DNA from: an uncultured Acidobacteriota bacterium
GTDB taxonomy: Bacteria; Acidobacteriota; Terriglobia; Bryobacterales; UBA6623
NCBI GenBank assembly: GCA_963817465.1
Contig: CAWFOP010000021.1
Span: 91,429 to 155,428 of the forward strand
DNA: 64,000 bases
Reading direction: 5' to 3'
The notes beneath the pieces were generated by a model that did not search any database, was not told where the DNA came from, and was given only the letters and a program-made list of their open reading frames with translations. Both the position numbers and the translations under genes were made by a program. Below are positions 27,019 to 36,134 of this stretch, piece after piece. Positions within the stretch are counted from its first letter, which is position 1, and each line of letters opens with the position of its first letter.

Positions 27019-27544
27019 TTTTTCCCTTACCGAATTGAGTCTGTCCCCTTTTTCCCAGATTCATCACCGTCGTAGTGCGGCGGAGGTCAATCGCACCTTC
27101 AAGCGGGCCTTCGTCGAAGCCGACAATCTGGAGCCGACGCAGGAACCCAGCCAATCCCCGCTCTCGCGCTTCCCGTCGAAGGGGTCTCGACAAAACGGGT
27201 CGTACATCGAGCGGCAAAGGTCGCATTGCACGCCGTCGTAATCGGACCCGGTCATGTGGCTGCCATTGGTCGCGTCCTAGCGCCCGGCCAACCAGCCTCG
27301 CGGGAAGCGACAGCGGAGACAAATCTCGGTCGAGTTGGCGGAGTTCAACGCACCTCCGTCCCAATACTGTCGTACTGAGGGAATTCGCACGAGCATCTCC
27401 ATCAGCGAGGCTGTCCACCTGCTGTGAACCCACAATCCCAACTGGAAGCAGGGCGGCGACCGGTCATCTCCGAACTCAGCTAAGATAGCGACCGTGAACC
27501 AGACTTTTCGTGTCTTGGTTGAAGAGACAAGAAGGAGTTAAGCG

Positions 27545-28987
27545 ATGTCAATACACAGTAGGGCGCTTGGGCGACGATCATTTCTGAAACGGGGAGCCGC
27601 GGCTGCGGGCCTTGGCCTGTTTGCTGACCTTGAGGCCTATCCCCAAAACGTCAACCGGAATTCGAAGCCGTCGGATTTGAGAATCACCGACATGCGCATC
27701 GCCGTTTGCAGAACGCCGCCAGGTCAGGCGGGCGGGGGCGCGGCGGGGCGGGCGGAGGCTCGGCAACGCCGCCCCCTGTGTTTCCCCACACGGGAGGCGC
27801 CTCAGGAGGCACGATCCTTGTCCGAATAGATACCAATCAGGGAATTTCGGGCTACGGCCAGACGATTAATGACGGCCCCCGGCCTAGCTACGTGCTTACG
27901 CATAAGTCCCGGGTGGTCGGCGAGAATCCTTGCAACGTCGACAAGATCTTCCGCAAGATGAAAATGCATGGCGGGTATAACCGTCAGGGGAGCGGCGTCA
28001 ACGCGATTGAGAACGCGTTGTGGGATCTGGCCGGCAAAGCTTATGACGTGCCGATCTATCAAATGCTTGGCGGGAAATTCCGCGAAAGGATCCGCATGTA
28101 CACCGAGGGTGCGGTGCGCTCGAATGACCCGAAAGAAATCGGCGCCGCATATAAGGCGCGAGTCGAAGCCGGGTTTACGATGGTCAAGTATGATCTGAAC
28201 GTAGCTGAGAATTCTCGGAGACACGCCGGGCACGATATATGCCCCGGCAGGATATCAGGGGGAACCGGGGGAGGACCCTGAGAACTACTATCAGGGAATC
28301 GAGATCAGCAATAAAGGGTGCGAACTCGTAACGGACCATGTCGCTGCGATTAAGGAGGCCATGGGCGACGCCGCCGACGTTCCCATGGGGCACGACCATT
28401 TCGGGCACCTTACCGTGGACAGTATCATCAAGCTCGCTCGCGCGTTGGAGAGGGTCACTCCTTCGTATTTGGAAGACTGTGTCCCGTGGTTCCGCGTGAA
28501 GGAGTGGAAGAACATCACCGAGTCGATCCAGATACCCACCCTGACCGGCGAAGACGCCTACCTGGTGGAATCGCTCGAGCCGCTTTGCGAGGAGCGCGCG
28601 GTCGATTATATCCACCCGGATCACAATGTTATCGGCGGCTGTCTCGAATTGAAGAAGGTGGGCGACATGGCGGCCAAATACGCGGTAGGGATGCTGGTCC
28701 ACAGCAACGCTACTCCAATCGGTTACGCTGCCGGCGTACACGCGATAGCCGCCACCCAAAATTTCCTAGCCATGGAATGGCACCAGCCGCAGCCGGCCTG
28801 GCACAAAGACATATGCGACAAAGGGGACCTCGTGGTAAACGGTTACATTCCCGTTCCGACGGGGCCCGGCTTGGGCATCAATGTCAATGAAGAGGCGATT
28901 CGCGCGGTTTGCAGGGAGGGTGAGTTCTTCACCGATCCTACGGAGTATTGGGATACGCAAAAAGGCGGGGAGAAGGGATATACGTAA
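27545..28987 (+). pseudogene. Enolase-superfamily (mandelate racemase / D-galactonate dehydratase-like) gene with Tat signal, split over three frames
   Basis: Frame 2: MSIHSRALGRRSFLKRGAAAAGLG...LRITDMRIAV. Frame 1: GGTILVRIDTNQGISGYG...NAIENALWDLAGKAYDVPIYQMLGG...MVKYDLNVAE. Frame 2 again: ILGDTPGTIYAP...MGHDHFGHL...LTGED...PTGPGLGINV. The shifts lie within the G-rich tract ~27715-27745 and at ~28205-28212. Confidence 0.75.
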
Positions 28988-29278
28988 GCAGAACCCGTTT
29001 ACACCGTTCAAGGGACGGCGTTAAATGGGACGGAGCCCAAAGAGGAGCGCACTTCGCGCCCCGGTCCGTCCCTCCGTCACTTCCTGGGCGATCTGCCGTC
29101 GCGCGCCGCAACTGCTACGGTCGTACCGCGAGGAAAGAAAGCCCCTGCGGTGTGAGCATCTGCGCCTGCAATCGGTTCAGGTGACGGAGAAGCGGACGCG
29201 ATCGAGGGTCATATAACCGCTGACGGATTGCGGTCGAGCCGCAGCCAGGGCCATCCTCATCCTGGAGGCCTCTCCGCC

Positions 29279-29767
29279 ATGACCGACGCCCAACTCGCCG
29301 ACCTGCGCTCTCGCCCCGAAGTCCGCCGCGACATCATCCTGGGTTTCGCCGCCCTCGTCGCCGGCCTCTTGCTCAACACGGCCATCGACGAGCTTCTGAT
29401 TCCGGCGCTCGCTCAATCGTTGCCGCCGCACTTGGCGTTCTATATCGGCGGGACATTGGCCGCCTTCATCGTCGCCGCCGTCGGCGTCTACATAGGCTGG
29501 AATGGAGCGGGCCTCATCCTCATGAGAAAGGCGATAGAAGCTCAGCGCAGCCGACGCAACCGCCGCCCGCTGCGGACGCCCTACCTGTTCTGCGCCGTCG
29601 CCGCCGTGCTGTTCTCCGCCGGACTCGCCTTAGGCGTCTGGCAGGCGCTCGGCGGGCTGCTCATGATCGGCGCGATCGCCCTCGGCTGTCTGCTGCGAAG
29701 CGCCGCCGGCCGCGGAGGATTTTGCGACCCGAATATACGGAGCGCTTCAGAGCAGCAGGCCTTCTAG
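29279..29767 (+). CDS. Hypothetical integral membrane protein
   Basis: Four predicted hydrophobic helices (e.g. IILGFAALVAGLLLNTAI, LFCAVAAVLFSAGLALGVW). ATG at 29279 follows GGAGG. Confidence 0.5.
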   Translation: MTDAQLADLRSRPEVRRDIILGFAALVAGLLLNTAIDELLIPALAQSLPPHLAFYIGGTLAAFIVAAVGVYIGWNGAGLILMRKAIEAQRSRRNRRPLRTPYLFCAVAAVLFSAGLALGVWQALGGLLMIGAIALGCLLRSAAGRGGFCDPNIRSASEQQAF

Positions 29768-29926
29768 CAGGGTTGGCCCGGGGGCATCCTCTCGGCGCGC
29801 GCCGCGGCGCTTGTTTGACACGAGCTGGGACGCCCTCGTCCGAGAGGCCGGTCTCGTTGCCTTTCGGCGCAACCTCGCTATAGTGGTGGTATCCCTAGGC
29901 TGCGTTCGCCGCGGCCTTTTCTATTT

Positions 29927-30982
29927 ATGCTCCTGCTACTACCCTTCCTCCTTCTGGCCACCGGTCTTGCTCAACAGCCGCAGGCCTCTCCGGTGCGCTA
30001 CACGCCCGCCGTTTCGCACGCCTTTCAGGCTGAGGTCGAGTTGCCGGGGACGGTCGAGGCGCCCGTCGTCAGCACCGTCGCCGGCGAGGTCGAGGGGCTG
30101 GTCGAGCAGTTCAGCATCCGCGAGGGCGACCACATCAAGAAAGGCGATCTGCTCGCGAAGCTGCGCACCAAGCAGCTCGAGTTGCAGAAGGCCGACCTCG
30201 CGGCGCAGCTCGACGAATCCCTCGCGCGCCGCCAGCTCGCCGAGCGCGACTTCAAGCGCGCCCAAGAGCTCTTCGACGCGCAAGTGATTCCGCAAGACCA
30301 GCTCGACTCCAAGAAGTACGAGCTCGACGCCTGGGAAAGCCGCGATGCGCAGCTCAAGGCGCAGATCGACCGCATCGACGACAGCATCGCGAGCGCCAGC
30401 ATCTACGCGCCGTTCGACGGCGTCGTCATCTCCAAAGGAACCGAGGTCGGCGAATGGCTCGGCAAGGGCGATCCGGTCGTCGATCTGATGTCGGTCACCG
30501 ATCTCGAAGTCAGCGTCGACGTGCCCGAGCGCTACTACGATCGCTTCCGCGTCGGCGCCAAGGTGCCGATCGTGCTGCAAGCGCTCGACGGCCGCCGCAC
30601 TATCGGCGTCGTGCGGGCGGTCATCCCGCAAGCCGACGCTACGTCGCGCTCGTTTCCGGTCAAGGTCAGCATCAACGCCAAGGGCCTCAACGTCGCCCCC
30701 GGCATGATCGCCTCCGCGGTCTTCCCCGGCGGCGAGCGCGCCACGCGCACCATCGTTCCCAAAGACGCGCTTGTGCTCCAGGGAGCGCAGCAGAGCGTCT
30801 TCGTGGTTACCGAAGAAGGCACCGTCCGCCCCGTCACCGTGCGCGCCGACCAAGGCGTCGGACAATGGATCGCGGTTGACGGCGCAGTCAAATCGGGCGA
30901 CAAGGTCGTCACCCGCGGCAACGAGCGGCTGCAGCCGGGGCAACCGGTCTCAGCCCAACTGCTGGAGTACAAGCTGCCATGA
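29927..30982 (+). CDS. Efflux RND transporter periplasmic adaptor (MFP/HlyD family)
   Basis: Lipoyl, coiled-coil and beta-barrel pattern (GDHIKKGDLLAKL, long Q/L/E coiled coil, IYAPFDGVV). It overlaps the downstream RND pump by 4 nt. Confidence 0.85.
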   Translation: MLLLLPFLLLATGLAQQPQASPVRYTPAVSHAFQAEVELPGTVEAPVVSTVAGEVEGLVEQFSIREGDHIKKGDLLAKLRTKQLELQKADLAAQLDESLARRQLAERDFKRAQELFDAQVIPQDQLDSKKYELDAWESRDAQLKAQIDRIDDSIASASIYAPFDGVVISKGTEVGEWLGKGDPVVDLMSVTDLEVSVDVPERYYDRFRVGAKVPIVLQALDGRRTIGVVRAVIPQADATSRSFPVKVSINAKGLNVAPGMIASAVFPGGERATRTIVPKDALVLQGAQQSVFVVTEEGTVRPVTVRADQGVGQWIAVDGAVKSGDKVVTRGNERLQPGQPVSAQLLEYKLP

Positions 30983-33900
30983 AGGTCGTCAAGAGCGCCA
31001 TCGAGCTGCCGGTCACCACCGCCGTCGGCGTGATCCTGCTCGTGATGTTCGGGGCCATCGCCCTTTACCGCATCCCGATTCAGCTCACGCCCACAGTCGA
31101 TGAGCCGCAGATCACCGTCTCGACGCTCTGGCCCGGCGCCACGCCCTACGAGGTCGAGCGCGAGATCGTCGAGCAACAAGAAGAGCAGCTCAAGAACGTC
31201 CAGGGCGTGGTCAAGATGGAGTCGCAGTCGGCCGAGAACACGGGCACGATTACGCTCACGTTCCAGACCGGCACCGACCTGGACACTTCTCTGATTCGCG
31301 TCTCGAACAGTCTCGACCAAGTCCCGCGGTATCCCGACGACGCGGACAAGCCGGTCATCCGCACCGACGATTTGCGCGAGAACGCCATCGCCTGGTTAAT
31401 GCTGCTGCCGACCGAGAACGATCCGAACGCGTTCTCGGGCGACATCTTCAACCTCTACGACTTTCTCGACAACTATGTGAAGCCGGAATTCGAGCGCGTG
31501 CCGGGCGTGGGCTCCTCGTTCGTGTTCGGCGGACGCGAGACGGAGCTGCACGTGATCGTCGAGCCGGAGAAGCTGGCCGCGCACGGCATCACCTTCAACC
31601 AGCTCGGCGCGGCGCTCGACCGCGAGAATCGCAACTACTCGGGCGGCACGTTCGATGAAGGCAAGCGGCGCTACCGCGTCCGCACGATGGGCGAATACGG
31701 GGCGCCCGAGCAGATCGACGACGTCGTGGTCGCCGTCAAGAACGGCGTGCCGGTTTACGTGCGCGATCTGGGCCACGCCGAGATCGGCTACCGCAAGGCG
31801 ACGGGGCGGCCTTACTACTTCGGCCAGCCGGCGCTGGCGATGAACGTGACGAAAGAGCCCGGCGCCAACGTGCTGCAAGTGATGGATCAGGTCAAGGCGC
31901 GCCTCGCCGAGCTCAACGACGGGTTGCTCAAGTCGCGCGGCCTGCGCTTGCTGCAGGCCTACGACCAGACCGATTACATCTACAGCGCGATCGACCTGGT
32001 CGTGCAAAACCTGTACGTCGGCGGCGCGCTCGCCGTGCTCATCCTGTTGCTGTTCTTGCGCAACTTTTCGAGCACGTTGATCGTGGCCATCGCGATCCCG
32101 ATCAGCATTATCGGCACGTTCCTGATGATGCAGGCCTTTGACCGCACGATCAACGTCATCAGCTTGGCGGGCATGGCTTTCGCCGTCGGCATGGTCGTCG
32201 ACAACTCGATCGTGTCGCTCGAGAACATCTACCGCCACAGGCAGATGGGCAAATCGCGCGCGCAAGCGGCGTACGACGGCGCCCGCGAAGTTTGGGGCGC
32301 GGTGCTGGCCAGCACCTTGACGACGATCGCCGTCTTCCTGCCGATCATCTTCATCCAAGAGGAAGCCGGGCAGTTGTTCAAGGACATCGCGATCGCGCTG
32401 AGCTGCTCGGTCGGCCTCAGCCTGATCGTCGCCGTCACAGTGATCCCGAGCCTGGCGGCGAAGATTCTGGTCAAGCCCAAGGAAGTCGGCAAGTACAACA
32501 TTCGCAATCTGTTCGGACTGGCGTCGGCGATGTCGAGCTTGACCGACGGCATCGCGAACTTCGTCTATTGGCTCTGCGGCGGCGTGTTTCGCAGGCTGCT
32601 GGTTGTGGTCGGGCTGACGGGCATCTCGATCTATCTAAGCTGGCAGCTCATGCCCAAGACCGAGTACCTGCCGCAGGGCAACCGCAACCTGCTGTTCGGC
32701 ATGCTGCAGCCGCCGCCCGGCTACAACATCGACGAAGTCTCGAACATGCGCAACGTCTTCATCAAGGAGCTTGGTCAGCTCTGGCAAGGGACCCCCGAAC
32801 AGCTCCACGCAGAACCCGGCGGAGGCGTCGACCGCTGGTTCTTCATCGCGCTCAGCAACCAAGCCTTCTACGGCATTCGCGCGAAGGAGCCGACTCGCGT
32901 GCGGGAGCTGCTGCCGGAGTTCACGCGCGTGAGCCGCATGTTCCCGGGGACGATCGGCTTTATCCAGCAGTCGAGCCTGTTCCAGAGCGGCCGCGCCCCG
33001 GGACGCTCGATTGACATCGAGCTGAGCGGCCCGACGCTCGAAGGCCTGGTCGAGCGCGGCGGCCAAGTGTTCGGCACGGTCCGGAGTCTGATGCCCGACG
33101 CCCAAGTGCAGCCGATCCCGAGCCTGGATCTCGGCGACCCCGAGATGCGCGTGATTACCGATCGCCGCCGCGCCGCGGAAGTCGGCGTCAGCAATCGCGA
33201 GCTGGGCTTTACCGTGAGCGCGCTCATCGACGGCGCCAAGGCCAGCGACTACCCGTATGAGAGCCGCGAGATCGACCTGAAGGTCATGTCGCCGCGATCC
33301 TACGCCGACCGGACGCACTTGATCGAACAGATGCCGGTCGCCACGCCCGGCGGCAAGCTCGTCACGGTCGGATCACTGGCCAAGGTCGAGATGACGACCG
33401 GGCCCGCGCAGATCAACCACGTCGAGCGCCGGCGTTCGATCGTCGTGCGCGTGCTGCCGCCCGACAACATGCCGCTCGAGCAGGCGATGGACACCATTAC
33501 GAACGACGTGCTGGGTCCCATGCGAGCCGACGGCCGTCTCGGCGGCGAATTTCAGGCGCGTCTTGCCGGCACGGCCGACAAGCTGGCGCTGATGCTGCAA
33601 ACGCTGAAGTGGAACTTCCTGCTCGCGCTCGCGATCACCTACTTGCTGATGGCGGCGCTGTTTGAAAGCTTTCTCTACCCGTTCGTCATCATGTTCAGCG
33701 TGCCGCTGGCGGCGCTGGGCGGCTTCTTGGGATTGGCGCTGCTCAACCAGTTCACCTTCCAGGCGCTGGACATTCTGACGATGCTCGGCTTCATCATCCT
33801 GATCGGCACGGTGGTGAACAACGCGATTCTAGTGGTTCACCAAGCGCTCAATCACATCCGCGACGAAGGCCTGGCCGAACGCGAGGCGATCCGCGAATCG

Positions 33901-34161
33901 ACCCGCACGCGCATTCGTCCGATCTTCATGAGCGTGACGACGAGCGTGTTCGGCATGTTGCCGCTGGTGCTGTTCCCCGGCGCCGGCTCGGAGCTCTACC
34001 GCGGGCTGGGCAGCGTGGTGGTCGGCGGCTTGGTCGTCTCGACGGTGTTCACGCTGTTCCTAGTGCCGGCGCTGTTCAGCCTGGTGATGGACGCGCGCAA
34101 CGCCATCGTCGGCGTGTTTACCTCGCGCGGCGGCGGTCAGCAGCCGGCCGAGGGCGACTAG
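30979..34161 (+). CDS. Efflux RND transporter permease (AcrB/CzcA family)
   Basis: 1060 aa, 12-TM RND layout, motifs INVISLAGMAFAVGMVVDNSIV and ILIGTVVNNAILVV. Confidence 0.9.
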   Translation: MKVVKSAIELPVTTAVGVILLVMFGAIALYRIPIQLTPTVDEPQITVSTLWPGATPYEVEREIVEQQEEQLKNVQGVVKMESQSAENTGTITLTFQTGTDLDTSLIRVSNSLDQVPRYPDDADKPVIRTDDLRENAIAWLMLLPTENDPNAFSGDIFNLYDFLDNYVKPEFERVPGVGSSFVFGGRETELHVIVEPEKLAAHGITFNQLGAALDRENRNYSGGTFDEGKRRYRVRTMGEYGAPEQIDDVVVAVKNGVPVYVRDLGHAEIGYRKATGRPYYFGQPALAMNVTKEPGANVLQVMDQVKARLAELNDGLLKSRGLRLLQAYDQTDYIYSAIDLVVQNLYVGGALAVLILLLFLRNFSSTLIVAIAIPISIIGTFLMMQAFDRTINVISLAGMAFAVGMVVDNSIVSLENIYRHRQMGKSRAQAAYDGAREVWGAVLASTLTTIAVFLPIIFIQEEAGQLFKDIAIALSCSVGLSLIVAVTVIPSLAAKILVKPKEVGKYNIRNLFGLASAMSSLTDGIANFVYWLCGGVFRRLLVVVGLTGISIYLSWQLMPKTEYLPQGNRNLLFGMLQPPPGYNIDEVSNMRNVFIKELGQLWQGTPEQLHAEPGGGVDRWFFIALSNQAFYGIRAKEPTRVRELLPEFTRVSRMFPGTIGFIQQSSLFQSGRAPGRSIDIELSGPTLEGLVERGGQVFGTVRSLMPDAQVQPIPSLDLGDPEMRVITDRRRAAEVGVSNRELGFTVSALIDGAKASDYPYESREIDLKVMSPRSYADRTHLIEQMPVATPGGKLVTVGSLAKVEMTTGPAQINHVERRRSIVVRVLPPDNMPLEQAMDTITNDVLGPMRADGRLGGEFQARLAGTADKLALMLQTLKWNFLLALAITYLLMAALFESFLYPFVIMFSVPLAALGGFLGLALLNQFTFQALDILTMLGFIILIGTVVNNAILVVHQALNHIRDEGLAEREAIRESTRTRIRPIFMSVTTSVFGMLPLVLFPGAGSELYRGLGSVVVGGLVVSTVFTLFLVPALFSLVMDARNAIVGVFTSRGGGQQPAEGD

Positions 34162-34249
34162 CGGACGAGTTCAGCGAAACCTGCGAACCACGGAATGGGT
34201 TCGCGGCACAACTGGAGTTGCGCGCGACAGTTGCGCGCGACAAGGCCGG

Positions 34250-34630
34250 TTAACCAGTCACGACGTGCTCGCGAAGGGCCTTGGCTTCCTCCACGCGGAT
34301 CTGCGCGAGCTTGATGGCTTGCTGGACCACCGCCCTTGCCGCCTGAGCTCTGGTCTGCGGCGAGGCGTCGGAATCAACCATGATTTCGCGCAGGATGCGG
34401 ACGGCGTAAGGCGTCGTGCCTTCGAGCTGCTTGAGGCCCGTGCTGTAGGCGTCCTGCCACAGGAAGCTGAGCTCGCGGCGAAAATCTTGGTTTTCGCGAA
34501 CCCAGCGGTAGAGCGTACTCAACGGCACACCGGAAATTGCAGCGGCCTTGCGCATGTTCGGCTGCTCGACGATCGCATATAAAGCCTTGAAATGCTTGGA
34601 CTTGAGTCCGAATTTCAAACTAGCGGACAT
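34250..34630 (-). CDS. Small helix-turn-helix protein (phage terminase-small-subunit-like HTH)
   Basis: MSASLKF start at 34630 with GGTGGGGAGAG just upstream. HTH is AAAISGVPLSTLYRWVRENQDF. The longer track ORF upstream has no coding look. Confidence 0.55.
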   Translation of the reverse strand: MSASLKFGLKSKHFKALYAIVEQPNMRKAAAISGVPLSTLYRWVRENQDFRRELSFLWQDAYSTGLKQLEGTTPYAVRILREIMVDSDASPQTRAQAARAVVQQAIKLAQIRVEEAKALREHVVTG

Positions 34631-34653
34631 GGTTCTCTCCCCACCTTTCTGTT

Positions 34654-34696
34654 CCATTCCGTGCCATTTGGCGCCATTCCGTGCCACTGTGTGCCA
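34654..34696. promoter_or_regulatory. Direct-repeat operator candidate upstream of the HTH gene
   Basis: CCATTCCGTGCCA occurs at 34654-34666 and 34674-34686 (20-bp period), with a third GTGCCA at 34691-34696. The first repeat lies 24 nt upstream of the start at 34630. Confidence 0.3.
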
Positions 34697-34929
34697 CGGT
34701 GCGCCGTTTCGGGCCGGCTGTTGCCGGCGACTGCCGCGCTGAGCCGATTCGCACCAGAGCATGCCGCGGCCCGAGCCTTCCGGGCGCACGGCCGTTCGGC
34801 CGCGCGTTCGGCAGGAAATGCGATACCGGGCTGTTCCGGGAGCGAAGCCGGCGAAAGCGGCCTCTGATATCTAGGATAAACCGCCGCACCAAATCTTCCT
34901 GGGGTCGAAGGCGCTTGACACGTGACTAT

Positions 34930-35733
34930 ATGGTCACATATCATCGACTTGTGACCGACGATCGCGTCTTCAAGGCTCTGGCCGACGCTACGCGGCGCGC
35001 GCTGCTGGATCTGCTGTTCGAGCGGGACGGCCGCACGCTCACCGAGCTGGAAGCTCAGGCCGACATGACCCGGTTCGGCGTCATGAAGCACCTGCGCGTA
35101 CTCGAAGAAGCCGGTCTGGTCATTACGCGGCGGTCAGGGCGCAAGAAGCTGCACTTCCTCAATCCCATGCCGATCCGGCTCATCCACGACCGCTGGATCG
35201 ACAAGTACACCGAGCCCTGGGCGGCCGCTCTCAGCGAACTCAAGAAGGATCTGGAAAAAACCATGGAAAAAGTGTTTGAGATCTATATCAAGACCACTCC
35301 CGAACGCCTGTGGCAGGCGATCACGGACCCCGCAATGCGACGCAAGTACACCTTCGGCGTCACGGTGACCTCGGACTGGACGCCCGGCTCGGCGTACAAG
35401 GGCGAGGCCGGCGACCCGCTGATGCCGATCTTGGAAGGCGAAAACCTCGAAGTGGATCCGCCGCGGCGGTTGGTGCAAAGCTTTCGCGCGCTGTGGAGCG
35501 ACGAAGTGAAGGCGGAAGGAACGTCGCGCGTCACGTGGGAGATCACGCCGGTCGGCGACTCTTGCCGGCTTGTTGTGACCGCGGATCAACTGCGCGAAGG
35601 CGCGAATCCCGAGCTTTACGGCGGCTGGATGATGGTGCTGTCGGGGCTGAAGACGCTGCTCGAGACCGGCGAGTTTTTGACGACGCCGGGGTCGCAGCGG
35701 TTTTTGGGTCCGCAGCCGGTCGAGTCGGCGTGA
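34930..35733 (+). CDS. ArsR-family transcriptional regulator fused to an SRPBCC (AHSA1-like) domain
   Basis: VFKALADATRRALLDLL...MKHLRVLEEAGLV wHTH, followed by IYIKTTPERLWQAITDP...SRVTWEITP SRPBCC. Start is ATG 34930 or GTG 34951. The palindrome GTGAC-N6-GTCAC (34922-34937) overlaps the ATG. Confidence 0.75.
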   Translation: MVTYHRLVTDDRVFKALADATRRALLDLLFERDGRTLTELEAQADMTRFGVMKHLRVLEEAGLVITRRSGRKKLHFLNPMPIRLIHDRWIDKYTEPWAAALSELKKDLEKTMEKVFEIYIKTTPERLWQAITDPAMRRKYTFGVTVTSDWTPGSAYKGEAGDPLMPILEGENLEVDPPRRLVQSFRALWSDEVKAEGTSRVTWEITPVGDSCRLVVTADQLREGANPELYGGWMMVLSGLKTLLETGEFLTTPGSQRFLGPQPVESA

Positions 35734-35838
35734 AGAAGGTGGAATTGCGGCGTTGTGGGCGGGATGATGTTGTGTCGTCCCGTCCCGAGCTTACGCTCTC
35801 GCTTGGCGAATCGCGATTGTTGGACGCGGCCTTACGGG

Positions 35839-36055
35839 TCTGTGTGAAAACGAGATGCTCGTGTTGAGCCCGCAAGGGCGGAGCAACGAACAGCCCCGGA
35901 TTGAGCGGAGCGGAATCCGGGGATCGACTGGAGACGGAAAGTATTGGAAAGATTATCTTGGATCGCGTTTTGGGACCCCGGGCGCCGCTACGCTCCACCC
36001 GGGGCTATCCATTGCTTCGTCCTCCGGACGAGGTCGCGCCGGCGTTTTCACACAG
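35839..36055 (+). repeat. Family-1 dispersed intergenic repeat, copy 2 (full length, with terminal inverted repeats)
   Basis: Ends ctgtgtgaaaac (35839-) and gttttcacacag (-36055) are inverted repeats. Internal hairpins include GCCC-GCAA-GGGC, GGAGCG..TCCGGGG / CCCCGGG..CGCTCC and CTTCGTCC-TCC-GGACGAGG. It is flanked by 40-bp direct repeats at 35798-35837 and 36074-36113 with 1 mismatch. Confidence 0.8.
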
Positions 36056-36134
36056 GCTCTTGCGGTCAGGGCACTCGCTTCGCGAATCGCGATTGTTGGA
36101 CGCGGCCTTACGGCCGCGGCTCTGTTGCGGCTGT

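Noticed and set aside
27715-27745. G-quadruplex motif as a functional regulatory element.
   Set aside because: In a high-GC genome such G-runs arise often by chance. It lies inside a coding region at a probable indel site, and there is no independent support.
34183-34242. Hairpin GCGAACC-N8-GGTTCGC and tandem GTTGCGCGCGACA x2 after the RND pump gene, considered as an intrinsic terminator.
   Set aside because: The structures are real in the sequence, but there is no U-tract. Calling it a terminator would be guesswork, so it is not listed as a feature.
34681-34929. Upstream 83 codons of the ArsR-SRPBCC track ORF.
   Set aside because: The composition is not protein-like and it covers the promoter and operator region. 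The wHTH domain begins right after ATG 34930 / GTG 34951.
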